Of a stretch of 64,000 nt of DNA, positions 9,797 through 18,387 are shown in pieces (position 1 is the first letter of the stretch; every line of letters starts with the position of its first letter). Made by a program: the position numbers and the translations under genes. Source of the DNA: an uncultured Thermodesulfobacteriota bacterium. Lineage in GTDB: Bacteria; Desulfobacterota; B13-G15. Location of the stretch: contig CAZIZI010000001.1 in the NCBI GenBank assembly GCA_964543765.1, forward strand, positions 50,062-114,061, read 5' to 3'. The notes beneath the pieces are model-generated. The model searched no databases and was not told where the DNA came from. It worked only from the letters and a program-made list of their open reading frames with translations.

Positions 9797-10513
9797 ATGA
9801 GGTATGGGCTTCTTATTGTGCCAGATCTTTGTATAGGGTGTAGGGCTTGTCAGGTGGCTTGTAAATCTTGGAATGGCCTTCCTGCGGAAAAGACCAAAAA
9901 CCGAGGGACTCATGAAAATCCGTTGGATCTCACGGGCTATACCTATAACCGGATAAGGTATATAGAAAAAATAACGCCAAAAGGTGAAGTCCAATGGCTT
10001 TTTGTATCCCAGAGGTGTAGACATTGTGGAGAAGCAGCCTGTGTAGAGGTTTGTCCAGTAGGAGCTATGCAAAAGGATGAGACAACGGGGATCGTCTTTT
10101 ACGACAAGAATACTTGTATAGGGTGTCAGGCCTGTAAACAAGCTTGTCCGTTCAAGATACCCCGGTATGACAAGGAAGGAAAGGTAAGCAAATGCCATAT
10201 GTGCATCGATAGGGTTAAGGCAGGGCTTGTGCCGGCTTGTGCTAAGGTTTGTCCTACAGGTGCTATAAGGTTTGGAAAAAGGGAAGAACTATCGGATTGG
10301 GCGAAGAAAGAGGGGTATAAGGTCATCCATGGAGAAAAAGAACTGGGTGGCCTTGGGGTCATGTTTGCTTTGAGTCAGGAGCCTAAGTATTATGAGCTTG
10401 TGGAGAAACCGGTGATAAGAGAAGATCTTATTGCCCTCGGACAGATCCTAAGGGTACTGGCAGCAAAAAAAATCCCCCTTACGAAGTCCTTCATAAGGAA
10501 GCTTTTCGCCTAA
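9797..10513 (+). CDS. fdhB: Formate dehydrogenase iron-sulfur (beta) subunit
   Basis: CIGCRACQVAC, CRHCGEAACVEVCP, CIGCQACKQACP, KCHMCIDR...PACAKVCP; directly follows fdhA with SD GGAGG. Confidence 0.92.
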   Translation: MRYGLLIVPDLCIGCRACQVACKSWNGLPAEKTKNRGTHENPLDLTGYTYNRIRYIEKITPKGEVQWLFVSQRCRHCGEAACVEVCPVGAMQKDETTGIVFYDKNTCIGCQACKQACPFKIPRYDKEGKVSKCHMCIDRVKAGLVPACAKVCPTGAIRFGKREELSDWAKKEGYKVIHGEKELGGLGVMFALSQEPKYYELVEKPVIREDLIALGQILRVLAAKKIPLTKSFIRKLFA

Positions 10514-10527
10514 AGGGGTTTATCTAA

Positions 10528-10551
10528 AAGGGAGGGGGTATCCCCTCCCTT
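10528..10551 (+). terminator. Perfect 10-bp hairpin between fdhB and fdhE (weak terminator or mRNA-stabilising stem)
   Basis: AAGGGAGGGG-GTAT-CCCCTCCCTT followed by CCAATTTTT (displaced U-tract). Confidence 0.5.
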
Positions 10552-10570
10552 CCAATTTTTACTTAAGCGG

Positions 10571-11305
10571 ATGGATATCTTTGAGACCATACGTCGATTA
10601 AAGGAAGAAAGACCCCATTTAAAAGATCCCCTTGAGCTTTACGAAAAGGTCCTTCGATTTGAGGAAAAGGCTGATGCAGTTTTAAACGAAAGGAAAGGAG
10701 GGGAGGCCTTTGGAATAATTGAGGTCTTCACAGAGGTGTTCTCCTTGCCTTGGGAGTGGGGAGAGCTTTTAAAGGAGAAATTTTCTTTAAGGGATAAAGA
10801 TCCCTTAGAAGATCCGTGGGGTATATTAAGAGTTGAGCTTCCATCACAAGAGGGGCATGAGGAGGACATGAAGAGGATGCTTTTCATATTAAGCAGGCCC
10901 TTTTTTAAAAACCTGAGACTCAAAAGCATTAGGGTTGCCTTTTCGGAGAGCAACCGATGTCCCATATGTGGGGAGTACATTTCTTTGAGCCGAATCGATT
11001 TTGAGAACAAAAGATATATGGTTTGTCCTTTGTGCGGATATGAGGGAAGAACTTTTAGAATAGGGTGCATGTATTGTCTTAAAAGAAGCTCTGAAATTAT
11101 CGATCTTTTAGTCGATGAGGATGAGATAAGGGTTGAACTTTGTAGGGAGTGTAATTCTTACAGCAAGAGTTTTCGGGAGGAAACTTATCAGAAGTATAAG
11201 GATCCCAATTTAATTGACATAATAAGTCTACCTCTTGAGGCGGTAGCCCAAAAAAGGGGATTTATAAGACGATCTCCTAACGCAATAGGCGTAAAAATGG
11301 TTTAG
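10571..11305 (+). CDS. fdhE: Formate dehydrogenase maturation protein FdhE
   Basis: Four CxxC motifs (CPICG, CPLCG, CMYC, CRECNSY) in the C-terminal half; position after fdhAB. Confidence 0.85.
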   Translation: MDIFETIRRLKEERPHLKDPLELYEKVLRFEEKADAVLNERKGGEAFGIIEVFTEVFSLPWEWGELLKEKFSLRDKDPLEDPWGILRVELPSQEGHEEDMKRMLFILSRPFFKNLRLKSIRVAFSESNRCPICGEYISLSRIDFENKRYMVCPLCGYEGRTFRIGCMYCLKRSSEIIDLLVDEDEIRVELCRECNSYSKSFREETYQKYKDPNLIDIISLPLEAVAQKRGFIRRSPNAIGVKMV

Positions 11306-11706
11306 ACCAACTCCTTTCCTGCATCAGGTCCTGGTGTTCTTATGAAAATGGACTCAATCTTTATTACTAATGCACCTTTAGTGTCAAGTTGAGGCAATAC
11401 CTTTTTTACTAACTTCATGGCCTCTTCAAAAGCTGGACCAGAGGTTTCGAGTCGGGCTTTTCCCTTAAATTCATATCCTTTTAAACTTTCCAGATCCCAA
11501 AAGGTCACTGCTACAGTGGGATTTTCCTTTAGGTTCTCCAAGCTCTTTTTCATAAAAACATCCACCAACAATAGCTCTTCATCGGATAAGAGCTTTCCCA
11601 AAGCAATAGGAACCACATGAGGATCTCCATCTTTCGTACATGTTGCCAAAGCGAAGCCCTTCGCTTTTTTCATAACTTCCTTTATTTCTTCGGTGACTTT
11701 GGCCAT
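11302..11706 (-). CDS. Pyridoxamine 5'-phosphate oxidase-like FMN-binding protein
   Basis: LATCTKDGDPHVVP, KSLENLKENPTVAV, GYEFKG split-barrel pattern; SD AGGAGG. Confidence 0.8.
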   Translation of the reverse strand: MAKVTEEIKEVMKKAKGFALATCTKDGDPHVVPIALGKLLSDEELLLVDVFMKKSLENLKENPTVAVTFWDLESLKGYEFKGKARLETSGPAFEEAMKLVKKVLPQLDTKGALVIKIESIFIRTPGPDAGKELV

Positions 11707-11780
11707 TTTAAACCTCCTTGCTGTTTTTAAATTTTAATGCTTATAGAGATTTGTTGTTAAGGTTTAAAAAAGGAGGGGAT

Positions 11781-12718
11781 ATGGAAAAGGAATTGGAACT
11801 TTATGAGATATCCAGAAGGGAATTTTTGAAAGGTTGTGCCTTTTTTTTGCGGCTTTAATAGAGGTTTCGCAAGTAGAGTTTACCAAAAGTTTAGCTCATG
11901 CTTTGGAGAAGGCCAAAAAGAAACCACCTTTAATATGACTTGAGGGACAGGATTGTGCGGGATGTACCGTTTCTTTTGCGGGGCTTCTTTCGTCTTCGGT
12001 GGCTTCAATAATTCTTGATAAGATTTCCTTAAGGTATCACGAAACGCTTATGGCTTCAGCAGGGGATTTGGCGGAGAAGGTATATCATGAGACAGTAAAG
12101 GAAGGTGGGTACATATTGGTTGTTGAGAGATCTATACCGAAGGCAGACGACAAGTTCTGTCTCGTGGGAGGGAGGCCTTTTAAGGAGATAGTCCTTGAGG
12201 CCTCGAAGAAGGCTAAATGTATAATAGCAGTTGAAGCTTGTGCCTCTTTTGGTGGGATTCCCAAGGCTACTCCTTCTCAGGGTATAGGCGTTGGGGAGGT
12301 GGGTAAGGGGAAACCCATCATAAACCTTCCCCTTTGTCCCGTTCATCCAGAGCACCTTATAGGTACCATCCTTTATATCCTTACAAAAGGTAAGCTTCCT
12401 GAGCTTGATGATCATAAGAGGCCAATTATGTTCTTCGGAGAGCTCGTTCACGACAAATGTTCGAGAAGGGAGCATTTTGATCAATGGAATTTCCTTAAGG
12501 ATTGGAATGATCCCGGTCAGAGGGAATGGTGTCTTTTTGAGAAAGGATGTAAGGGTCCAATGGCCTATTCGGATTGTCCGGTGAGGAAGTGGAACCATGG
12601 GACCAACTGGTGCATTGGGTGTGGCGCTCCTCTTACGGGTTGCAGTGAGCCAGGTTTTTATGGTGAGATGTCGCCCATTTATAGTGCCTCTTTGCCTTCA
12701 GAAGTTTTTAAGGGTTAA
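11781..12718 (+). pseudogene. Periplasmic [NiFe] hydrogenase small subunit (Tat), frameshifted and with nonsense codon
   Basis: SD AGGAGG + ATG 11781: MEKELELYEISRREFLKGCAFF; frameshift in T8 at 11841-11848; then ...KKPPLI*(TGA 11936-11938)LEGQDCAGC continuing in frame into ORF 11999-12718 (EACASFGGIP, LCPVHP, CLFEKGCKGP). Confidence 0.88.
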
Positions 12719-12738
12719 AAACTTAGTGGAGGGAAAAG

Positions 12739-14302
12739 ATGGGGAAGAGAATAGTCGTCGATCCCGTAACTCGTATAGAAGGGCATTTGAAGATCGAGGT
12801 TGAGATTGAGGGAGGGAAGGTAAAGGAGGCTTGGAGCTCCGGTACCATGGCCCCGGGTTTTGAGGTCCTTTTGATAAGTCGAGATCCGAGGGATGCTTCT
12901 TATGTGATAAGTCGTTTTTGTGGGGTATGTTATAGTGTGCATCAGCGGTGCTCCGCGAGGGCTTTGGATATGGCCTTTGGCGCTCAGGTTCCTTGGGGTG
13001 GGAACCTTATAAGGAATTTGGTGATGGGAGCGCAGTACATTTACGATCATCTCCTTCACTTTTATCAGCTTTCAGTCCTGGATTATATCGGCATAAGGGC
13101 CGTTTTGGATTACCGAGGAAAGGATAAGGAACTTTTGGCTTTAAGGGATAAGATAAAGGCAGTAGTTGAAGCGAGTGATTCTCATTCCCTTCTTCCTGCT
13201 TACAAGCCGGATGAGTATGGCGTTAGGGATCCCGAAGTGGTTTTGACGGCGGTTAAGCATTATCTTGAGGCCTTAAAGGCCAACGCAAAAGCAAGGAACA
13301 TGGGGGCCATGTGGGGAGGTAGAGCTCCTCATTATCAAAACATAGTGGTGGGAGGTGTTACTTCTTATCCCACGGTCGAAGAGTGCAAAAAATTTAAAGA
13401 GATGCTTGATGAACAAAAACGGTTTGTGGAGGAGGCTTACCTTAAGGATGTCATTTATTTTGGAACAGGTCCTTTATGGAAGCTTGCTCAGGATGGCTTT
13501 GGCGGAGGGCATAGAAACTATCTAGCCTGTGGGGATTTTCCTCTTGACCCGGAGTGGAAAAATCTGGTCTTTCCAAGTGGGGTGGTATTTGATTTTGATC
13601 ATAAAGATCCTAAGGTTAAGGCCTTTGATCATAAGAAGATCACCGAGTCGGTGAAATACGCTTGGTACAGGGAGAAGCCGCCGGTTCATCCCTTTGAGGA
13701 GGGAACAGGTCTTTGATCTTAACAAAAAGAACGCATATTCCTTTGTTAAGGCTCCACGGTATGAAGGCACACTAATGGAAGTAGGCCCCTTGGCCAGGAT
13801 GATCATTAAAAAGGAACCTACTCTTTATGAGTTCATTAAGAAAGGAGGAAAAGTAGGGGTTGTGGCGAGGCATCTAGCCAGGGCTCTTGAGGCCAAGTTG
13901 ATGGTTGAGGCTTGTTACAATTGGCTTGATCAATTGTTTACCGAGATGACGAAGCCCGGTTTTAAGATTCATGACACTGAACATTGGGAAGTGCCAGAGG
14001 AAGGGATAGGGTATGGTTTCCATGAGGCTCCAAGGGGGTTCTTGGACATTGGATAAAGATAAAGGAACAAGAAGATAGCAAATTATCAGGCTATAGTTCC
14101 TTCCACTTGGAATGCCTCACCAAGGGATGAAAAGGGACAGAGAGGGCCTTATGAAGAGGCTTTGATCGGGGTTACTTGTCCTGATCCTCGCAATCCGATA
14201 AACCTCGTGAGGGTCATAAGGTCCTTTGACCCGTGTTTGGCCTGTGCCATACATCTGATAGATCCGGTGACAAATGAGGTTAGGGGGTTTGTAGTAGGGT
14301 AA
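12739..14302 (+). pseudogene. Periplasmic [NiFe] hydrogenase large subunit (group 1a-like), 3 frameshifts
   Basis: DPVTRIEGHL and RFCGVC at the N-terminus; pieces 12739-13716 and 13694-14056, plus an unlisted tail IANYQAIVPSTWNASPRD...IRSFDPCLACAIHLIDPVTNEVRGFVVG* ending at 14302. Shifts near 13700, 14040 and 14071. Confidence 0.9.
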
Positions 14303-14310
14303 AGGGATCT

Positions 14311-15090
14311 TTAAGTTGAGTTCGAACTTTTCGGATGCGCTTTAACTGGGTTGCGTAAGGTTCCTATTCCTTCTATTTTTACTTCCACTATATCTCCTTC
14401 TTTGAGAGGACCAATGCCACTGGGGGTCCCAGTGGCTATTACGTCTCCCGGTAAAAGTGTCATAATGTGGGAGATGAAAGAAACAAGCTCAAACGGATTG
14501 AAAATGAGGTTTTTAGTGTTACTCAATTGACGCCTTTCTCCATTTACCAAGGTCTCCAAGTTTAAATTCAGCGGGTCAATCTCGTTTTCTATCCAAGGTC
14601 CAAGGGGGGCGAAGGTATCGTACCCCTTTGCTCTTGTCCATTGCTTTTCCCGTAGTTGAATATCCCTGGCGGTTATGTCATTGAAACAAGTATAACCCAA
14701 TATGTACTTATGGGCTTCTTCAAGGCTTAGGTCTTTTGCCCTTTTGGAAATCACAATGGCCAATTCGCCCTCATAATCTACCCTTTTGGAAGAAGGAGGA
14801 ATAACAATGGGTTCCTCGGGTCCTATTACGGAAGTGGAAGGTTTTAAGAATATCAACGGCTCAGAAGGGGCCTTCAAGCCCACTTCTTCGGCATGATCTC
14901 GATAATTTAACCCCAAACCTATTATCTTCGTGGGCTCAACGGGTGGAAGAAGCTTTACTTCCTCCAAGGACACAAGGGGGCCAAATCCGCTAAAACCCGA
15001 AAAGGGATCCCCTTCGGCAAGAAGCACCTTTTCCCCTTCAAGAATTCCAAAGGATATCCTTTCCTTGCATTTAACCCTGAGGATCTTCAC
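14311..15090 (-). CDS. Fumarylacetoacetate hydrolase family protein
   Basis: KIIGLGLNYRDH, VDYEGELAIVI, NDITARD, KGYDTFAPLGP, GDVIATGTP. Confidence 0.92.
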   Translation of the reverse strand: MKILRVKCKERISFGILEGEKVLLAEGDPFSGFSGFGPLVSLEEVKLLPPVEPTKIIGLGLNYRDHAEEVGLKAPSEPLIFLKPSTSVIGPEEPIVIPPSSKRVDYEGELAIVISKRAKDLSLEEAHKYILGYTCFNDITARDIQLREKQWTRAKGYDTFAPLGPWIENEIDPLNLNLETLVNGERRQLSNTKNLIFNPFELVSFISHIMTLLPGDVIATGTPSGIGPLKEGDIVEVKIEGIGTLRNPVKAHPKSSNST

Positions 15091-15120
15091 GTCTTTCCTC
15101 TGTTTTAAAATTCCTTTGGC

Positions 15121-15149
15121 ATCCTAAGGGGCTTCTAACGGTTTGTCAA
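15121..15149 (-). promoter_or_regulatory. Sigma70-type promoter for the FAH gene
   Basis: Minus strand TTGACA-17 bp-TAGGAT. Confidence 0.6.
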
Positions 15150-15165
15150 GTTTAAAATGGTCTCG

Positions 15166-15194
15166 TTGACACCTTTTTGGGCTCGGGGTAACTT
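15166..15194 (+). promoter_or_regulatory. Sigma70-type promoter for glmU (predicted leaderless)
   Basis: TTGACA-17 bp-TAACTT; ATG follows 7 nt later, no SD. Confidence 0.6.
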
Positions 15195-15201
15195 AACTTT
15201 T

Positions 15202-16554
15202 ATGAAAGCCCTCGTCCTTTCAGCAGGTCATGGAAAAAGGATGCGTTCTTCCCTTCCTAAGGTCTTACATCCCATCCTTGGTAGACCCCTTTTGGGATGG
15301 GTTCTAAAGGCCCTTGAGCTCCTTGATTGTGAAGAGATCATCGTGGTGTGTGGTCCTGAGAGGTTGGTTCTGGATTTTTTGAGGGATAAAGGTGTTAAGG
15401 TTTTGATTCAAGAAGAAAGGCTTGGGACAGGGCATGCGGTTATTGTGGCTGAAAAAGAGCTTTCGGATTTCTCAGGAACTTTACTTATCCTTTACGGTGA
15501 TACTCCTCTTTTGAGAAGCGAGACTTTAAAAAGGCTTTTGGATCATCATAAGGAAAAAAGGGCCACCCTTACCATTCTTTCGGCGGTCTTAGAGAGCCCC
15601 AAAGGGTATGGGCGCATAATTCGGGACGAAAAGGGGAGGCCCAAGAAGATCGTTGAGGAGAGCGATCTTAAGGGTGAACAAAGCAACGAGATAAATGGAG
15701 GCGTTTATGCGGTTGAGACTCCCTTCCTTTTTAAGGCCTTAAGGGAGATCAGTCCCAATAACCGACAGGGCGAATATTATCTGACCGATATAGTGGAGAT
15801 CGCTTACCGCTGGAACGAAAGGGTTGAGACCTTTTTTACCGATTGGCCCTTGGAAGTTTTGGGGGTTAATACAAGGCTTGATCTTTCAAAGGCTCAAGAG
15901 GTTTTGAGAAAAAAGATAGCGGAAAAGTGGGCCTTGGAAGGGGTAACGATTGAAGACCCTAAGAGCACGTGGATTGAACCTGAGGTCACCATAGGGAAAG
16001 ATACGGTGATAAGGCCTTTTTGTTTTTTAAGGGGGAAAACCTCTATAGGTCCCAATTCCACTATAGGTCCCTTTGTTGAAATAATCGATTCCGAGATTGG
16101 TGAAGGCGTGAGGGTCGATTTTTGTTCCCATATTGAGGGGAGTTTCATAGGAAATTATTCCAAAGTGGGCCCCTTCAGTAGGCTTAGACCTGGAACAAGG
16201 CTTGGAGAGGGGGTTAAAGTAGGTAATTTTGTGGAGATTAAAAACTCTCGTTTGGGAAGAGGCAGTAAGGCCAATCATCTTGCCTATTTGGGGGATGCGG
16301 AAATAGGCGAAGAGGTGAACGTGGGAGCCGGCGCCATCACCTGTAACTTTGACGGAAAAACAAAACACAGAACCATCATCGGTAACAGGGTCTTTGTCGG
16401 AAGTAACGTCTCTTTGGTTGCTCCGATAGTTGTGGGGGATGATGCCACCATTGGAGCCGGTTCGGTCATAACCAAGGAGGTCCCCGAGGGAAGCCTTGCT
16501 GTTGAAAGAGGCAAACAAAGGATCATACCCAATTGGTCTCGACGGAGAAAGTAA
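15202..16554 (+). CDS. glmU: Bifunctional UDP-GlcNAc pyrophosphorylase / glucosamine-1-P acetyltransferase
   Basis: LSAGHGKRMRSSLPKVLHP, hexapeptide repeats, VGPFSRLRPG, ANHLAYLGDA; start reassigned to MKALVL at 15202. Confidence 0.97.
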   Translation: MKALVLSAGHGKRMRSSLPKVLHPILGRPLLGWVLKALELLDCEEIIVVCGPERLVLDFLRDKGVKVLIQEERLGTGHAVIVAEKELSDFSGTLLILYGDTPLLRSETLKRLLDHHKEKRATLTILSAVLESPKGYGRIIRDEKGRPKKIVEESDLKGEQSNEINGGVYAVETPFLFKALREISPNNRQGEYYLTDIVEIAYRWNERVETFFTDWPLEVLGVNTRLDLSKAQEVLRKKIAEKWALEGVTIEDPKSTWIEPEVTIGKDTVIRPFCFLRGKTSIGPNSTIGPFVEIIDSEIGEGVRVDFCSHIEGSFIGNYSKVGPFSRLRPGTRLGEGVKVGNFVEIKNSRLGRGSKANHLAYLGDAEIGEEVNVGAGAITCNFDGKTKHRTIIGNRVFVGSNVSLVAPIVVGDDATIGAGSVITKEVPEGSLAVERGKQRIIPNWSRRRK

Positions 16555-16557
16555 AAT

Positions 16558-18387
16558 ATGTGTGGCATTATAGGGTATCTAGGACCTCGACCTCCTGTTG
16601 AGGTTTTATTGGAAGGCTTAAAAAGGCTTGAATATCGGGGGTATGATTCAGCAGGAGTAGGGGTTTTCCATGGCAAGGAAGTGGTCATAAGGAGGTGTGA
16701 AGGAAAGATAAGGAGGCTCGAAAAGCTCCTTGAGGGGATGAGGGTCTCTGGAAAGGTAGGGATAGGTCATACCCGGTGGGCCACTCACGGGGAACCAAAC
16801 GAAAAAAATGCCCATCCCCACAAGTCAGGAAGGGTCAGTGTAGTCCATAATGGGATCATTGAAAATTACCTTTCTCTAAAGGAAGAGCTCAAAGGGAGGG
16901 GGAGGGTCTTTCATTCGGATACCGATAGCGAGGTGATTGCTCATTTGATAGATGAAGGGCTTAAGGAAGGGCTTGAGGTGGAAGAGGCGGTTAGACGGGC
17001 TTTACAGAGGCTTGAAGGCTCCTATGCCATTTTGGTCCTAATTGATGGTTTTTCGGAACTTTTGATAGGCGCCAGAAAAGAAAGCCCGCTTCTTTTGGGC
17101 ATTGGGGAAGGAGAGTTTTTCCTCTCTTCAGATGCTCCGGCCATCATTCATTGGACAAGGGACTTCGTATTTCTTGAGGATGAGGAGATAGCCGTAATTA
17201 GGCCAGAAGGTTTTAGGATCTTCGATCTTAAAGGACGAATAAGGGAAAAAAGCGCCATAAGGGTCGATTGGTCACCTACAATGGCGGAAAAGGGCGGTTA
17301 TAAGCATTTCATGCTAAAGGAGATCCACGAACAGCCACATGTGCTTATAAATACCCTTCGGGGGAGGATAAATGAGGAGGAGGGAAAGGTTCAATTTGAA
17401 GGCTTTCCCTTTACGGATGAAGAAATTAAGCGCTTTCAAAGGGTGGTCCTTGTGGCCTGTGGGACCTCTTGGCATGCCGGTTTAATTGGGGAGAGATGGC
17501 TCGAGAGCCTTGCTGGGATTGAGGCAAGGGCGGAGATTGGTTCAGAGTTCCGTTTCCGGGACCTTTTGGGCGATGAGAGAACACTTCTTGTTGCTGTGTC
17601 CCAATCTGGAGAGACCGCTGATACCCTTCAAGCCGTAAGGGAAGGTAGGAAAAAGGGGTTTAGGACCCTGGGGATATGTAACGTATTGGGTTCAAGTTTG
17701 ACTCGGGAAGTGGAGGGAACCCTTTTTACACGGGCTGGTCCTGAGATAAGCGTGGCTTCAACAAAGGCCTTTTTGGCTCAATTAGGGGTCCTCTTTCTTT
17801 TGGCCCTTTATTTGGGTCAGAAAAGAGGAAAATTGAGCGAGGAAAAGGTGAGGTCCTTTATTTTCGAGTTGAGGAGATTGCCTCACTTGATGGAAGAGGT
17901 CTTAAAAAGGAACGAGTTCTTTCAAGAACTTGCGAAGGACTATTACAATTACACCAATTTCCTCTACCTGGGGCGGGGCCTATCTTATCCTGTAGCCCTC
18001 GAAGGGGCTTTAAAGCTAAAGGAGATATCCTATGTTCATGCTGAGGGTTATCCTGGAGGCGAGATGAAGCATGGTCCCATTGCCCTAATAGATGAAAGGA
18101 TGCCTAGTGTGGTCATCGCTCCGAGGGATCATACCTATGAGAAGATGTTGGGCAATATAAAGGAAATAAAAAGCCGAGAAGGGAAGGTAATAGCCCTTTT
18201 AAATCAAGATGATCCCCAAGTAGAGGCTCAGGTGGATGTGACCATAAGAGTTCCTTTTACCCCTTCGCTTTTGAGTCCCTTTGTGACCGTTTTACCGCTT
18301 CAGCTTTTCGCTTATTATGTGGCCGATTTTAAAGGAACTGACGTGGATCAACCGCGGAATCTGGCAAAGAGCGTGACGGTAGAATGA
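16558..18387 (+). CDS. glmS: Glutamine-fructose-6-phosphate transaminase (isomerizing)
   Basis: MCGIIG N-terminal Cys, RGYDSAG, HTRWATHG, C-terminal DQPRNLAKSVTVE. Confidence 0.98.
   Translation: MCGIIGYLGPRPPVEVLLEGLKRLEYRGYDSAGVGVFHGKEVVIRRCEGKIRRLEKLLEGMRVSGKVGIGHTRWATHGEPNEKNAHPHKSGRVSVVHNGIIENYLSLKEELKGRGRVFHSDTDSEVIAHLIDEGLKEGLEVEEAVRRALQRLEGSYAILVLIDGFSELLIGARKESPLLLGIGEGEFFLSSDAPAIIHWTRDFVFLEDEEIAVIRPEGFRIFDLKGRIREKSAIRVDWSPTMAEKGGYKHFMLKEIHEQPHVLINTLRGRINEEEGKVQFEGFPFTDEEIKRFQRVVLVACGTSWHAGLIGERWLESLAGIEARAEIGSEFRFRDLLGDERTLLVAVSQSGETADTLQAVREGRKKGFRTLGICNVLGSSLTREVEGTLFTRAGPEISVASTKAFLAQLGVLFLLALYLGQKRGKLSEEKVRSFIFELRRLPHLMEEVLKRNEFFQELAKDYYNYTNFLYLGRGLSYPVALEGALKLKEISYVHAEGYPGGEMKHGPIALIDERMPSVVIAPRDHTYEKMLGNIKEIKSREGKVIALLNQDDPQVEAQVDVTIRVPFTPSLLSPFVTVLPLQLFAYYVADFKGTDVDQPRNLAKSVTVE

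Noticed and set aside
11936-11938. TGA in the hydrogenase small subunit as a second selenocysteine or as code-4 Trp
   Set aside because: It aligns with a conserved Trp, not Cys; I see no convincing SECIS stem downstream; TGA is used as a normal stop in many genes here; the gene has a separate frameshift.
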